From: Nitrosopumilus sp.
GTDB taxonomy: Archaea; Thermoproteota; Nitrososphaeria; Nitrososphaerales; Nitrosopumilaceae
DNA length: 64,000 nucleotides
Direction: 5' to 3'
NCBI GenBank assembly: GCA_965218785.1
Contig: OZ244650.1
Coordinates: 864,001 to 928,000 of the forward strand
The position numbers and the translations under genes are program-made. The notes under the pieces are model-generated. The model saw only the letters and a list, made by a program, of their open reading frames with translations. It had not been told where the DNA came from and made no database searches. Numbering within the stretch: the stretch's first letter is position 1; each line of letters begins with the position of its first letter. Of this stretch, positions 21,463-32,147 are shown piece after piece.

Positions 21463-21580
21463 TTAGACCTTGTTGGTGCATTTTGGTAATTCATGACTCA
21501 TGAGTTTCGGGGGTTCAAATCCCTCTCTATACGCTAGATCCCGATAACTTCAGTAACCCTCAAGATGTATTATTGGTGTC
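21463..21580 (+). repeat. Internally deleted copy of the palindrome + tRNA-Leu-like unit at 36934-37130
   Basis: TTAGAC..TGGTGCATTTTGGT joined to ATGACTCATGAGTTTCGGGGGTTCAAATCCC...TCCCG.TAACTT, colinear with the 36.9-37.1 kb unit. Confidence 0.8.
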
Positions 21581-21792
21581 TGCCTGCATCCTATTCTCAG
21601 ATAATGGTTCGTGTTTTGTGGTACAAAACGGCAGGAAAAAATGCAGGTAAATGGAACGTGTAATCTTGCCTGTTTGAAAGATGGATTTTGACCAAAGACA
21701 TCGTGCTGGCTAACTCCAGACCATGCCATCCACAGACAATCAGAAGGCGGAATATTGACAATCTTAAAAACAAGGCAGGATACACCAGAATC

Positions 21793-22002
21793 ATGGAGAC
21801 AAGAAAATTCACCATACAGGTGATTAAATCATCAGAAGGTGGATATACCGGAAGATGCATTGAGTTGCCTGCAGCAATTAGTGAAGGGGATACAATGGAG
21901 CAATTAGAAACAAACATGAAAGAAGCTGTTCAACTAGTTCTAGAATACATTGAAGAGAAAACAAAATCAGATCAGAAGATAATCATAGAGATTCCAAATT
22001 GA
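21793..22002 (+). CDS. hicB: HicB-family antitoxin
   Basis: EGGYTGRCIELPAAISEGDTMEQL..NMKEAV. Confidence 0.9.
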   Translation: METRKFTIQVIKSSEGGYTGRCIELPAAISEGDTMEQLETNMKEAVQLVLEYIEEKTKSDQKIIIEIPN

Positions 22003-22106
22003 GTCTCAGAAACCACAATTGGCTAGATGTTGTAAAGGCATTAAGCAAGTTCAGTTATTGTGTAGACAGGCAAAGAGGTAGCACTATGAGATGTTTGCCG
22101 ACATGA
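21999..22106 (+). pseudogene. hicA: Truncated HicA toxin
   Basis: TTG start overlapping the hicB stop; MSLRNHNWLDVVKAL...RQRGS then broken at the GSH motif. Confidence 0.8.
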
Positions 22107-22341
22107 TACGTGCGATATCAGTTTTTCAGGACAGGAAGATTTGATCTTGACGTGATGGATATGTTGCACGAGAATCAATTATCCCAAAAACTTTTGATCG
22201 TCACTATAAATGGATTGAATCAGTAAGACACAACTTTTAGCAGATGCATACGATACAAAAGATCCTAGTCGATTATATGAAAGTTTCAAACAATTGCGTT
22301 ATATTACAACACCATATACTGAAACGTACGGCGGATAAAAC

Positions 22342-22746
22342 ATGATAAAACCACATATAGAAAAAACTGGAATAGAACAGGATATTTCTAGATTAGACTG
22401 TATAAGAAAAGAATTTCAAAATTCCACACATATTAATTCAGATGACTTTGCGTATCTGGGACTTGAATTATGCGGTTTGGTAGAAAGATTATTGGAAAAT
22501 AATGATGAGAAAATACAACAAATGATGGAAAGTTACGGTCTAGTCCAAATACAAGAAAATACCGGTAAAGACAACTTTGATTTAGATAAAGAAAGTGTTA
22601 AAAAAATAATATTAAAAGAAATTAGTATTGGTCAAATATTTTATCCAAGTGAGATATCTGATGAATATAATTTGGATCTAAAAATGGTAATGGATGTGAT
22701 CTCTGAATTAAAAGAAAATAAGCAAATCATTGAAAATATAGATTAA
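22342..22746 (+). CDS. Hypothetical protein with C-terminal wHTH-like segment
   Basis: YPSEISDEYNLDLKMVMDVISELKENKQI. Confidence 0.65.
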   Translation: MIKPHIEKTGIEQDISRLDCIRKEFQNSTHINSDDFAYLGLELCGLVERLLENNDEKIQQMMESYGLVQIQENTGKDNFDLDKESVKKIILKEISIGQIFYPSEISDEYNLDLKMVMDVISELKENKQIIENID

Positions 22747-22885
22747 CATGTCAACTCATTATAGTACAATGATTCCATAAAAGGTGAACGTATTGTATGT
22801 AGTTCAGAAAAATGAAACAAAAATACCCATGACCGGAAATCAGAGGTACATGATAATTTCTGGAAAGATCCATATTTCATGATTG

Positions 22886-22915
22886 TATGTCAGATCATTA
22901 TAACGCACCAGACTC
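22886..22915 (+). repeat. Right half of the 47-bp palindromic mini-element
   Basis: TCAGATCATTATAACGCACCAGACTC matches the consensus TCAGATCAYT....GCACCAGAAYC. Confidence 0.55.
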
Positions 22916-22944
22916 CTAACTGGGATGGATTTACTTATGTATGA

Positions 22945-23301
22945 ATGAGACATACTGATGTCGTGATAATCATTGATCTGCATGATCCCCGGCGTGTGGG
23001 AAAGACCCCTGATGATGTCAGGGTGCTGGTCTCTTCGGGGGATTTTCTTCAGGATGAATTTAAAATCTCCAAGGTGGAACTACGCCTTTACTTGGAGGGA
23101 ACCGATGAAAAATTAGGGGATTATTCGCTGATAACATCCTTTGTTGAAACTGACAGGGGCTCCATTGAAATGATTTATGATGAGGGATTCCGCGGCAAGG
23201 ACTCCCTTTTACGTGCGGCAGAGTTTCTCACTTCCAGTCTGGGAATATCCGGCCTGATTTTACGCTCGGTGATCTCCCTGCGTGAAAAAACCGGGAATTG
23301 A
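22945..23301 (+). CDS. Conserved hypothetical protein
   Basis: 118-aa ORF with core-like composition. Confidence 0.75.
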   Translation: MRHTDVVIIIDLHDPRRVGKTPDDVRVLVSSGDFLQDEFKISKVELRLYLEGTDEKLGDYSLITSFVETDRGSIEMIYDEGFRGKDSLLRAAEFLTSSLGISGLILRSVISLREKTGN

Positions 23302-23364
23302 AGATCTTGAAAATAACTCACGAACTTTGATTGTTACTATAGTAAAGTATGATCTTTGGTTTTA

Positions 23365-23944
23365 CTAAAGTATGTCAATACAGGCTCCCGTGAAACGCTT
23401 GCGGCCATGCGTCTGGTGCCGTATGTAGGTCTCTTCAAACCAGTCTTCCTGACAGTTTTTGTGACGGTAGGATCTATCTGAATGACTCGGTCTTGGATTG
23501 TGATGTAGTTTGTTGCGAGATAATCCTACATAGGACACCGACTTTCTTGTGCTTGTCTTTTTCATAATTATACTGGCCACAGTCATCTTATCCTTCCCTC
23601 CAACGTTTTTTTAAAAGCGTCTATGACTGGTCTGCTCACATATGATTCTCTTGAGGGTTTCATTCTCCTTTTGTAGCACGCGTTCTGGGCTCTGTTTGGC
23701 GGTTCCGATTACAGACATCTTGCCACCGTTGATGAACTTCCCCCTCCACTGATAGAATGTCTGGGGATGTATGTTGTACTTGCGACACAGTTCTGCCGTG
23801 CTGATCCTGGTGTTTATGGATTCCAGGATGATTCTTGCCTTTTCCTGTGGGGTGAATTTGCTCTTTACCATTGGTGTTTTACCTCTTAACCTGCTCAAAA
23901 AGTGTATGTATGCAAGCGGTCTCATTCTAGCGGGGTCCCCACCA
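23365..23944 (-). mobile_element. IS3-family remnant: left end, orfA (23611-23871) and decayed orfB start
   Basis: FTPQEKARII..STAELCRKYNIHPQTFYQWR HTH; A7 slippery run at the orfA/orfB junction; end begins TGGTGGGGACCCC. Confidence 0.85.
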
Positions 23945-23949
23945 ATATG

Positions 23950-24010
23950 CAGTCATGACTAATGGATCATGATGCTTTTATCTTGTTGATAAAATTGTGA
24001 GAATAGGTGA
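23950..24010 (-). mobile_element. Isolated end of the IS66-like element (paralogue of 46777-46835)
   Basis: CAGTCATGA.TAATGG.TCATG..CTTTTA.CTTG.TGATAAAATTGTGAG..TAGG is shared with 46.8 kb. Confidence 0.7.
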
Positions 24011-24019
24011 CTTCATACT

Positions 24020-24256
24020 TCATTTTATGTATCCATTGTTATAATCACGGGTAAATTTATCCCTGGTTATATTCACATCTTGCAATATTGCTAAAATCAT
24101 CCCTGTTTTTAAGATGTGATTGCCTGCCGATACAGTTGTAAAAAGATCATTGTGCCTTAATGTTACATGACTACCTTTTCTACTTTTTATAAAAAATCCT
24201 TTTCTAATCAAATATTTAATCATGGTGTTGCCAGAAATTTTGGGAATTTTTTTCAA
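24020..24256 (-). CDS. hicA: HicA-family mRNA interferase toxin (intact)
   Basis: GF...SRKGSHVTL...LKTGMILAIL. Confidence 0.9.
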   Translation of the reverse strand: MKKIPKISGNTMIKYLIRKGFFIKSRKGSHVTLRHNDLFTTVSAGNHILKTGMILAILQDVNITRDKFTRDYNNGYIK

Positions 24257-24462
24257 AATTTTTGGATTATATTCAAATTAAAATTATTTCGTTTATCTTC
24301 CGCTGCAAGTTCTATTGCCTCTTTCATGTTTTCCATTACTTCTTTATACGTCTCACCTTGTGAGTTGGCATGTAATTTGTTACATCTGCCAACAAATCCT
24401 CCATCATCCATGTCTTTAGTTATTACAACCGTGTAGGTTTTTTTCTGTATCAATGAACTCAA
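24253..24462 (-). CDS. hicB: HicB-family antitoxin
   Basis: DDGGFVGRC..LHANSQGETYKEVMENMKEAIEL; overlaps the hicA start. Confidence 0.9.
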   Translation of the reverse strand: MSSLIQKKTYTVVITKDMDDGGFVGRCNKLHANSQGETYKEVMENMKEAIELAAEDKRNNFNLNIIQKF

Positions 24463-24605
24463 TGTATACACAACTGTATACGCATATGGAATTATTAAAG
24501 GTATAGTTAGTTTAGGCGTTGTCCGTAAATTCACAAAAATCGCCAATTACGAGGCATCATAACCCATCAATGTCCTTGGATTTCGTGCCGATTCCTCATT
24601 CCAAA

Positions 24606-24665
24606 TGGTGGGGACCCCTCAGAATGAGACCGCTTGCATACATACACTTTTTGAGCAAGTTGGGG
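24606..24665 (+). mobile_element. Solo ~60-bp IS3-type left end / MITE
   Basis: Near-identical to the reverse complement of 23889-23944. Confidence 0.85.
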
Positions 24666-24729
24666 GAGGGGGCTGGTAATTAGATCAGTTTTGCATGAAT
24701 CCATTTTACACACATTAAATCTACGGGAT

Positions 24730-25184
24730 TCAATCAGGATTAAGATAACACTGCAAAGGTATGCTCCATTCTAACGTGGAAAGATCCACCCCCATAGCTA
24801 CGGCATCAGAAGGCCAGACACAAGGTCCTGCCAAAGTGCCAAAAACCAAGATAGAGATGATCATGTTACCTGTAAATCCGCCAATAATAAAAGACGCATC
24901 TATGCCTAAAAAAAATATAGGCTTGGTAATCCTCATGCCGCCAACACATATCCCCGGAATGAAGAGACATCATCGATAACAAGTAATGATTTTCATCAAT
25001 CATCGTATTTTTCCATTATTTTAAAGACATGCAGCATGTCTTTTTTTATAAAATCCGGTTGTTCTGATTCTTCTCTGGGTGTCTGCCGTACAAATGAATG
25101 CCTCATGCCAGAAAACGGCAAAATCATTGTAATAATCAAAGATGCAAACAATGCTGTTTTTGTTATTTTTTTGATGTTATTCAT
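24730..25184 (-). pseudogene. Fragmented secreted-protein gene
   Basis: Signal-like KTALFASLIITMILPFSGM, then short broken ORFs. Confidence 0.5.
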
Positions 25185-25414
25185 TTCTTACATCCCTATG
25201 TGTCCTTTATTATATGAGAAGATCTATGATGTCCTGCAAGTATACACTAACTTTCACAGATGAAGATCATCTTACATCATCTTGGGATCAAACATTTTAT
25301 AAAATTATACCATTTCATTGTGAAATCATCACTGATTTCTCTAACTGTCATGTTGGTAATACCTGGAATCATTTGATGGATACAATTAATAGAAATCCTT
25401 CAACGTGAAAAACA

Positions 25415-25711
25415 ATGATGTCTACTAGTACGTCTTTTTTTTTCCTCAGGGCAATTAACGCAATTGTCATCTTGCTATGTATGGGTTTTTTTGTAATGTT
25501 GATTTTGGTTAGCGGTGAATTTCCAATGTTCGGTCAAAGAGTACGGGGCCCTGGATTATACCTTTATCTTTTTACCATGGCCGGTAGTGGGATTGCACTA
25601 GCTATACTGCAACTAAAAAGTGTGAAACAAAGCGACAAATTCAGTATTTTATGGTATGCTGTAAATGGTATCCTGTTTTATGGCCATAAAATCATTCAAA
25701 CTGAATATTAA
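25415..25711 (+). CDS. Small membrane protein
   Basis: 98 aa with 2-3 hydrophobic segments. Confidence 0.45.
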   Translation: MMSTSTSFFFLRAINAIVILLCMGFFVMLILVSGEFPMFGQRVRGPGLYLYLFTMAGSGIALAILQLKSVKQSDKFSILWYAVNGILFYGHKIIQTEY

Positions 25712-25725
25712 TTCCGTACATCTAT

Positions 25726-25785
25726 TGGTGGGGGACACCCCCCTCAATGAGTACACGGATACCTGCACTTTTTGAGCAGGCTGGG
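25726..25785 (+). mobile_element. Diverged solo IS3-type end / MITE
   Basis: TGGTGGGGGAC...AATGAG...ATAC...CACTTTTTGAGCAGG.TGGG. Confidence 0.75.
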
Positions 25786-25969
25786 ATGAGAGAGAGACTA
25801 GACAATGACCTGATTCACTGCCTCAAAATGACTGCCGTGCCTGAAACCAACTCTGTGCATTGACTGTATGGTCAACCCCCACATTCATTTTCCTCCTTTA
25901 TTAAATAAAATATTCCAAATTTGCCCCAAAGTGAAAGATTTAATTCAATTGTGATCTGTCTTTGAGATT

Positions 25970-27835
25970 ATGCGCATACTGCAACTGCACTGTAACAGCA
26001 TCGAGTACACCCCCACACAAAAGGAGATCAAATCAGCCGAGAACATCGAGGATCCCCAAACCCGGATACTAGAGGAGGTCGTAGTCGCATTTGTCGCAAT
26101 TGAAGACGGTGATGACTCCTCAGTGGCTCAAAACGCGGTATCCCAAATAAAAGACTCGATGGGCAAAATCGGCTGTAAAAAACTACTACTATACCCTTAT
26201 GCACATCTTAGTTCCAATCTTGCAAAGCCATCTGTTGCCATGACCCTGCTTGAGGAAATGGAGTCTGCGGCATCGGATTTGCAGGTGTCCCACTCCCCGT
26301 TTGGCTGGACCAAATCATACAAGATACAAGTCAAGGGCCACCCACTAGCTGAGAGCTTTAAAGTTGTTACAAAAGATTCCAAAAGCCCCAAGGATGATGA
26401 GATCACCTCTGATGCATTAAAAGGCGAATCCAAGATCCGCTCCTACTGGAAGATACTCTCCCCTGACGGGACGATGACTGGCATTGAAGATTTTGATTTC
26501 TCAAAACACAGGAAATTGGAAATTCTGGCAAAGTACGAATCGGCAAAACAGCGGCGCGTAGACGAATCCCCGCCACACGTTGCATTGATGAAGAAAATGG
26601 CAATAGCTGACTATGAGCCGGCATCTGATTCTGGCAACATGCGTTTTTTCCCCAACGGACGGCTGATAAAATCACTGATTGAACGGCATGTTACTGACAG
26701 GGTAAAAAGATACGGTGGTTACGAGGTTGAAACGCCGATCATGTATGATTCCGAACATCCCAGCATGGTCAGTTATTTTAACAGGTTTCCTGCAAGACAG
26801 TACAACATTGATTCGGAGGGAAAGAAACTCTTTCTGAGATTTGCCGCATGTTTTGGGCAGTTTCTGATGGCAAACCAGTTTCAACTATCATACAAAAACC
26901 TGCCATACAGACTATACGAACTAACCAGATACAGTTTCAGACGGGAACAGTCAGGCGAACTCGTCGGTCTGAGGCGGCTTAGGGCATTTACCATGCCTGA
27001 CTGCCACGCATTCTGCAAGGACATGCCGCAGGCAGTAGATGAGATTATGACCCGGTTTGAATTATCACAAAGCGTACTCTGCGAACTTGGAATTGACGAA
27101 TCAGACTATACCATGGCAGTCAGATTCACCGAGGACTTTTACAATGAAAACAAATCCTCCATTGAGGCCCTGGTCAGAAAACACGGAAAACCGGTCCTAG
27201 TCGAGATGTGGAAGGAACGATTTTTTTACTTTGTCCTCAAATGGGAGTTTAACTTTATTGATAACCTGGGAAAGGCGTCTGCCTTATCAACAGACCAGAT
27301 TGACGTGGAAAACGGCGAACGATACGGCATTAAATTCGTCGATGAACACAACTGTGCCACGCATCCGATCATTCTGCATAACTCCCCTAGCGGCGCAGTT
27401 GAAAGAATCATTTACGCGCTGCTAGAAAAGGCGGCAACTGACTCCAAAGAGGGACGAAAACCCATGTTTCCGCTGTGGCTTGCCCCGACACAGGTGAGAA
27501 TCATCCCGTTAAAGGAAGAGTTTAACAGTTTCTGTGAAACCCTTTATGATAAAATTTCCTGCAACAACGTCCGCGTTGATATAGATGACAGAAACGAAAG
27601 CATCGGAAAAAGAATCCGCGAGGCAGAAAAAGAGTGGATAAGATACATCCTGGTAATCGGTGAAAAGGAGGCAGGCTCTGCAAATCTTAGTATTCGTGAC
27701 AGGGTATCAGGTAAGGTAGAAGAACTGCCATTTGATGACTTTATAGATAATATACGCAAACAGACTCAGGACAGGCCGTTTACCGGCTTGAATCTGCCAA
27801 AACATCTCTCAAAGCGACCCCAACTGATGGTGTGA
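25970..27835 (+). CDS. thrS: Threonine--tRNA ligase (archaeal type)
   Basis: YPYAHLS editing domain, FRREQSGEL..LRRLRAFTMPD, WLAPTQVRII. Confidence 0.98.
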   Translation: MRILQLHCNSIEYTPTQKEIKSAENIEDPQTRILEEVVVAFVAIEDGDDSSVAQNAVSQIKDSMGKIGCKKLLLYPYAHLSSNLAKPSVAMTLLEEMESAASDLQVSHSPFGWTKSYKIQVKGHPLAESFKVVTKDSKSPKDDEITSDALKGESKIRSYWKILSPDGTMTGIEDFDFSKHRKLEILAKYESAKQRRVDESPPHVALMKKMAIADYEPASDSGNMRFFPNGRLIKSLIERHVTDRVKRYGGYEVETPIMYDSEHPSMVSYFNRFPARQYNIDSEGKKLFLRFAACFGQFLMANQFQLSYKNLPYRLYELTRYSFRREQSGELVGLRRLRAFTMPDCHAFCKDMPQAVDEIMTRFELSQSVLCELGIDESDYTMAVRFTEDFYNENKSSIEALVRKHGKPVLVEMWKERFFYFVLKWEFNFIDNLGKASALSTDQIDVENGERYGIKFVDEHNCATHPIILHNSPSGAVERIIYALLEKAATDSKEGRKPMFPLWLAPTQVRIIPLKEEFNSFCETLYDKISCNNVRVDIDDRNESIGKRIREAEKEWIRYILVIGEKEAGSANLSIRDRVSGKVEELPFDDFIDNIRKQTQDRPFTGLNLPKHLSKRPQLMV

Positions 27836-28704
27836 ATATGAGCTTTGTCGATTTATACATGAACAAAAACCCCCTCATTACTGTATCTGATGAGGATTCA
27901 GAATCCGTGGCAACCGTGTTTGGCGTTCCGTTTGATGCCACCCATTCATACAAGCCCGGCTGCAGATTCGGACCAGACGTGATCCGTGATTCATTTAACA
28001 ACATCGAGGTCTTTCATCCGGATCTTCAGATGGACCTGGAATCCAAACACATCGAGGATCTCGGAAACACCCGCCACACTGCCGTCTCCTCTGAGATGGT
28101 CAACATGGTAAGAAAGATAACTGCCGAGCTTGCGGCAAAACAAAGACAGCTCTTCATTCTGGGCGGTGAGCACTCTATAACGTATGGCACATACGCGGGT
28201 TTTCCAAAAGAGACCGGCTATGTCGTGTTTGATGCACACTATGATTTAAGGGACGAACTTGCAGATACGAAACTAAGCCATGCCTCTTATCTTAGGCGGC
28301 TGGTGGAGGAGAGGGGCTCTCAAAACATCCTGCATGTGGGGGCCAGGGCGTTTGTTCGAGAGGAGCTGGAGTTTTTAAAAGAAAACAACATAAAAACAAT
28401 TTCTGACAGGCAGATTCGGGACGGCAAGGCGCCACAGCTCCTAAGGGATTACGTCTCGACGTTTGATACCGTATACTCTAGCTTTGATCTTGACGTGCTG
28501 GATCCCGCATTTGCCCCAGGTGTTGGCAATCCGGAGGCAGTGGGAATCACCTCCCGGGAACTATTTGAGATGATCTACGCCCTTGCAGAAACAAGGGTTG
28601 TTGGCGCAGATATAGTCGAGCTTAATCCATACCATGATAACGGCTCGACTGCAACAATAGCTGCCAAAATAATGTCCACTTTGATTGCCTTGAACCTGTC
28701 TTAA
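27832..28704 (+). CDS. speB: Agmatinase
   Basis: GGEHS, DAHYD, SFDLDVLDPAFAPGVG, DIVELNP. Confidence 0.95.
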   Translation: MNMSFVDLYMNKNPLITVSDEDSESVATVFGVPFDATHSYKPGCRFGPDVIRDSFNNIEVFHPDLQMDLESKHIEDLGNTRHTAVSSEMVNMVRKITAELAAKQRQLFILGGEHSITYGTYAGFPKETGYVVFDAHYDLRDELADTKLSHASYLRRLVEERGSQNILHVGARAFVREELEFLKENNIKTISDRQIRDGKAPQLLRDYVSTFDTVYSSFDLDVLDPAFAPGVGNPEAVGITSRELFEMIYALAETRVVGADIVELNPYHDNGSTATIAAKIMSTLIALNLS

Positions 28705-28819
28705 GACAGGTGATCTGCCGCTGTTACTGCAATTACCCCCTCCTACCGTTTCGTAAATCGGGGTTCTAGCCTGTTTTTCTCCTGCTCACTTTATTAGCTA
28801 GTGGTGTTGGGTTTATCAC

Positions 28820-29392
28820 GTGTTAAATAATCTAAGAGGCGCGCTAGGTCCATCACTTGAAAAAATCGGCAAGGGATTTGCATCCACGGGACTCTCTGCC
28901 AACTTTTGGACATGCGTCGGTCTTGTATTTGCCCTGGTGTCTGCCGCGGTGTATGGTCTGGGGTTTGAATTTGGGCTGATAGCCGGAGGAATCCTGCTGC
29001 TTGTTTCCGGATTCTTTGATGTAGTGGACGGGCAGGTCGCACGGGTTACCAACAAAACATCAAAAAAGGGCTCTTATCTTGATTCGATGTTTGACAAGAT
29101 AGCCGAGGTCGCAATATTTCTAGGAATTTTAATCGGAGGGTATGCAGAACCATACCTGGTGATGCTTGCCATAACCCTGTCGCTGTTAGTCAGTTATGCC
29201 CGGGCAAAATCCGACGCACTTGATGTGAAACTGCAGGGAATCGGAATCGGGGAGAGAGCCGAGAGGCTTTTGGTAATTGCAATAATTGGAATAATCGGTT
29301 TTATGGAGTATGCCGTACTGATCGTCGCAGTGATTGCCGGAATTACCCTGATTCAAAGGATGGTATTTACTGCAAAAAACATCAAAGAGTAA
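28820..29392 (+). CDS. CDP-alcohol phosphatidyltransferase (archaetidylinositol-phosphate synthase-like)
   Basis: DVVDGQVAR....S.KGSYLDSMFD. Confidence 0.93.
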   Translation: MLNNLRGALGPSLEKIGKGFASTGLSANFWTCVGLVFALVSAAVYGLGFEFGLIAGGILLLVSGFFDVVDGQVARVTNKTSKKGSYLDSMFDKIAEVAIFLGILIGGYAEPYLVMLAITLSLLVSYARAKSDALDVKLQGIGIGERAERLLVIAIIGIIGFMEYAVLIVAVIAGITLIQRMVFTAKNIKE

Positions 29393-29680
29393 CTATCGCA
29401 GTTTTCCGCGTTTTCTTCTACTGTCTGCAGATCTAATCTTGAGAATTTTAAAGTGAATCGCACATGAGATGCAGTACCATTTTAAAACAGTCGGCGATGC
29501 AATGTATGCCCCCTGTGCCCGCAGTTCTTTTGCCAGCGTGTGCTCTACTAGATTCAATCTAGATGTGACTTTTTTTGCCTTGTCTTTTGGAACAGTCTGT
29601 CCGCAGTTTGTACACTGGACTACCCCCGAGGATCCCTTGCCCCCCTTGGTCCTGCCTCTGCTTGCACGTTTTAGTGGCAT
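29393..29680 (-). CDS. rps26e: 30S ribosomal protein S26e
   Basis: VQCTNCG..VPKDKAKK...YCISCAIH. Confidence 0.97.
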   Translation of the reverse strand: MPLKRASRGRTKGGKGSSGVVQCTNCGQTVPKDKAKKVTSRLNLVEHTLAKELRAQGAYIASPTVLKWYCISCAIHFKILKIRSADSRRKRGKLR

Positions 29681-30188
29681 GAAAATAAACCAATTTGCCT
29701 ACTTATATTCTTGTTTGTATCATGCGCTATGGCGGGACTGCTACATGAGAACTCAGATACATGCGCTTTTTGAGCAATTGGGAGGTAAAACGTGGTAAAT
29801 GGCAAATTCACGCCACAGAAGGCAAATAATCCTGGAATCAAAACAGCAGAATCATACGGCAGCTGCCACAAGCATACTAAATCCTCTGACATATCATGGG
29901 GGTGTGGGAGGGGGGCATGTCTGCAGATAAAATCCACGCTTGAATCAGCTGATTTATTCTTGCAGATAACCCAAAACCCTTCTGACTCGTGCCTGAATCC
30001 AGACAAAAGATACCTTATGTTTTAATTCTAGATCGTAGAATATTATTTGATAGTCATGCTGGGTCTTTGCCACAAATGTCTGAGTTCTGGCGTCGAGCTG
30101 ATAGTATCCAAGGGTACGATACTCTGTCGTAACTGTCTTGATAAAAGCAATGCAAAAAACTAAATCCGTTGTTTTAACCATAAAAAGA

Positions 30189-31058
30189 ATGAAACTAGCA
30201 GTATACTCCCACTGTGCAATAGATTCGATTACCATCAATAATCACAATTACGAGCAAATCGGAGGTGCTGCCTGCTACTGTGGTATGACTGCAAGACAGT
30301 TTGATTTTGATGTGGATCTGTTTACAAAATTCGGTCCTGATTTTCCAAAACAGTACCTTACTCAAAGCAATCTTAATTTCATAAACTCAGAGTCTGAAAA
30401 AAAGACCACGAGGTTTGCCATCTCCATTAACGGCTCAGATAGAACCCTGAAGCTTGAAAACTCGTGTGATGAAATACCGTACGTTGATGCCGATGCTGAC
30501 TGCCATATGACAAGTCCGATTTATCACGAGATCTCAGATGAGACTTTTAAGAAGATTAAAAACAACTCTAACTTTCTTTTCGTTGATCCTCAGGGTTTTT
30601 TGAGACAGACAGACTCTCAAAACAACGTCGTCTTGGAAAAGACCGATCTTGATTTAACAGGAGTTGATGCGATTAAAGTCGGCCTGGATGAATCCCGACA
30701 GCTCGTCAGTGGCACCCCTGATGAAATGATGGTGGCATTACAAAAAAAAGGGGTGCAATACGTGCTGCTTACAGATAAGACGGACATCTCCCTCCTGATA
30801 AAAGATAAGATTTTTTCCATCACCCTGCCAAACAAGCAAATTCATGACACCACTGGAATCGGGGATATCTTTTGTACCACGTTTTGCTGTACCATGTTAA
30901 AGGAGAAGGACTTTTTATGGGCGTTTTGCTTTGCTGGCGGTGCCGCCCAGGCCGCACTTGATTCAAAGAACGTGGGACTGCAAAAAATTCCCAAAAGGAG
31001 CACCATTCAGACAAATGCCTCGTATTTTTACAATCTAGTTAAATTCAGGGATTTGTAG
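30189..31058 (+). CDS. PfkB-family carbohydrate kinase
   Basis: GGAACY, VDPQGFLR, DTTGIGDIF. Confidence 0.9.
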   Translation: MKLAVYSHCAIDSITINNHNYEQIGGAACYCGMTARQFDFDVDLFTKFGPDFPKQYLTQSNLNFINSESEKKTTRFAISINGSDRTLKLENSCDEIPYVDADADCHMTSPIYHEISDETFKKIKNNSNFLFVDPQGFLRQTDSQNNVVLEKTDLDLTGVDAIKVGLDESRQLVSGTPDEMMVALQKKGVQYVLLTDKTDISLLIKDKIFSITLPNKQIHDTTGIGDIFCTTFCCTMLKEKDFLWAFCFAGGAAQAALDSKNVGLQKIPKRSTIQTNASYFYNLVKFRDL

Positions 31059-31100
31059 AAGAACATTATTCTTTTATTGCATTGATAGTTTGTTTCTTTT

Positions 31101-32096
31101 ATGCAAATAGGCATTTACAGTTCCGGGTCTGCAGATATTGCGACAAAGACGATAAAAAAAATTCTGGCTTATTCTGAAATAAACTCGTTTTCTCTGACAA
31201 AATCAAAAAATAAGCAGGCTGACTGTATCATAGTACTGGGAGGAGACAAGGGCGTGCGAAACTATTTTCATCATACCTTTGATACCGTCCCGGTACTGGG
31301 GATAAGCGAGGGTGAATCCAGCGGATTTCTGGCACAGATAGATCTTCGGGAATTCTCATCTTATGTCGGTGTCTTGAAAAAACAAAATTACACCGTTGAG
31401 GAGGTGCCGCGTCTTGGCGTAAAAATAGACGGAAAAAACGTCTATCCGGTGTTAAATGATGTGGCGGTATTCTCCTCAAAGAGTGCAATGCTAATGGAGC
31501 ACACCCTGCGAGTCAACGGTGAAGAGGTATGGCATGATAACAGCGACGGAATTATCGTATCCACCCCGATTGGCTCTTCTGCCTACTCCATGTCTGCTGG
31601 CGGTCCCGTCCTGTTTCAGGACTCGATGGTATTTGAGATAATCTCCGTAAACTCCCTTGATGTTACCCGCAGGCCAATCATTGTATCTAATAGCAGTTCG
31701 ATTGAAATTGATGATATCTCTGCGCGACTTCACTGCGAGGTTGTTCTTGACGGGATGGACAGACACAAGGTAAACAAGACCGTCGAGTGCACGCAGTTTT
31801 TTCCTCCGGCAAAAATCATCCGCCTCAAAAAGGATTCCACTGCCATCTCGGCACTTGCAAAAAAGGTGCATCTTGCCGAAGATCTGCTCAGCATGCCTCC
31901 CAGCTCCAAGCTGCTCCTAAAGACACTAGAGTATGAGGGGGCATTGACACAAAAAGACCTGGCAAACAAAACACTTCTTCCTGATAGGACAGTCAGACTG
32001 GCCTTGAGCCACCTCTTGAAAAAAGGGTATGTAAAAAAGAAGATCTCAATTAGGGATGCCAGACAAAAGATCTATGAGATCTCAAAGATAGAGTGA
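31101..32096 (+). CDS. NAD kinase-family protein fused to a C-terminal wHTH
   Basis: GGDKG, LND, DGIIVSTPIGSSAYSMSAGG; LTQKDLA..TLLPDRTVRLALSHL. Confidence 0.88.
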   Translation: MQIGIYSSGSADIATKTIKKILAYSEINSFSLTKSKNKQADCIIVLGGDKGVRNYFHHTFDTVPVLGISEGESSGFLAQIDLREFSSYVGVLKKQNYTVEEVPRLGVKIDGKNVYPVLNDVAVFSSKSAMLMEHTLRVNGEEVWHDNSDGIIVSTPIGSSAYSMSAGGPVLFQDSMVFEIISVNSLDVTRRPIIVSNSSSIEIDDISARLHCEVVLDGMDRHKVNKTVECTQFFPPAKIIRLKKDSTAISALAKKVHLAEDLLSMPPSSKLLLKTLEYEGALTQKDLANKTLLPDRTVRLALSHLLKKGYVKKKISIRDARQKIYEISKIE

Positions 32097-32147
32097 GTCT
32101 TGTGCCGTGCATCCAAGGCTGCCAATAACAGCAGTACAACCCGGCAA

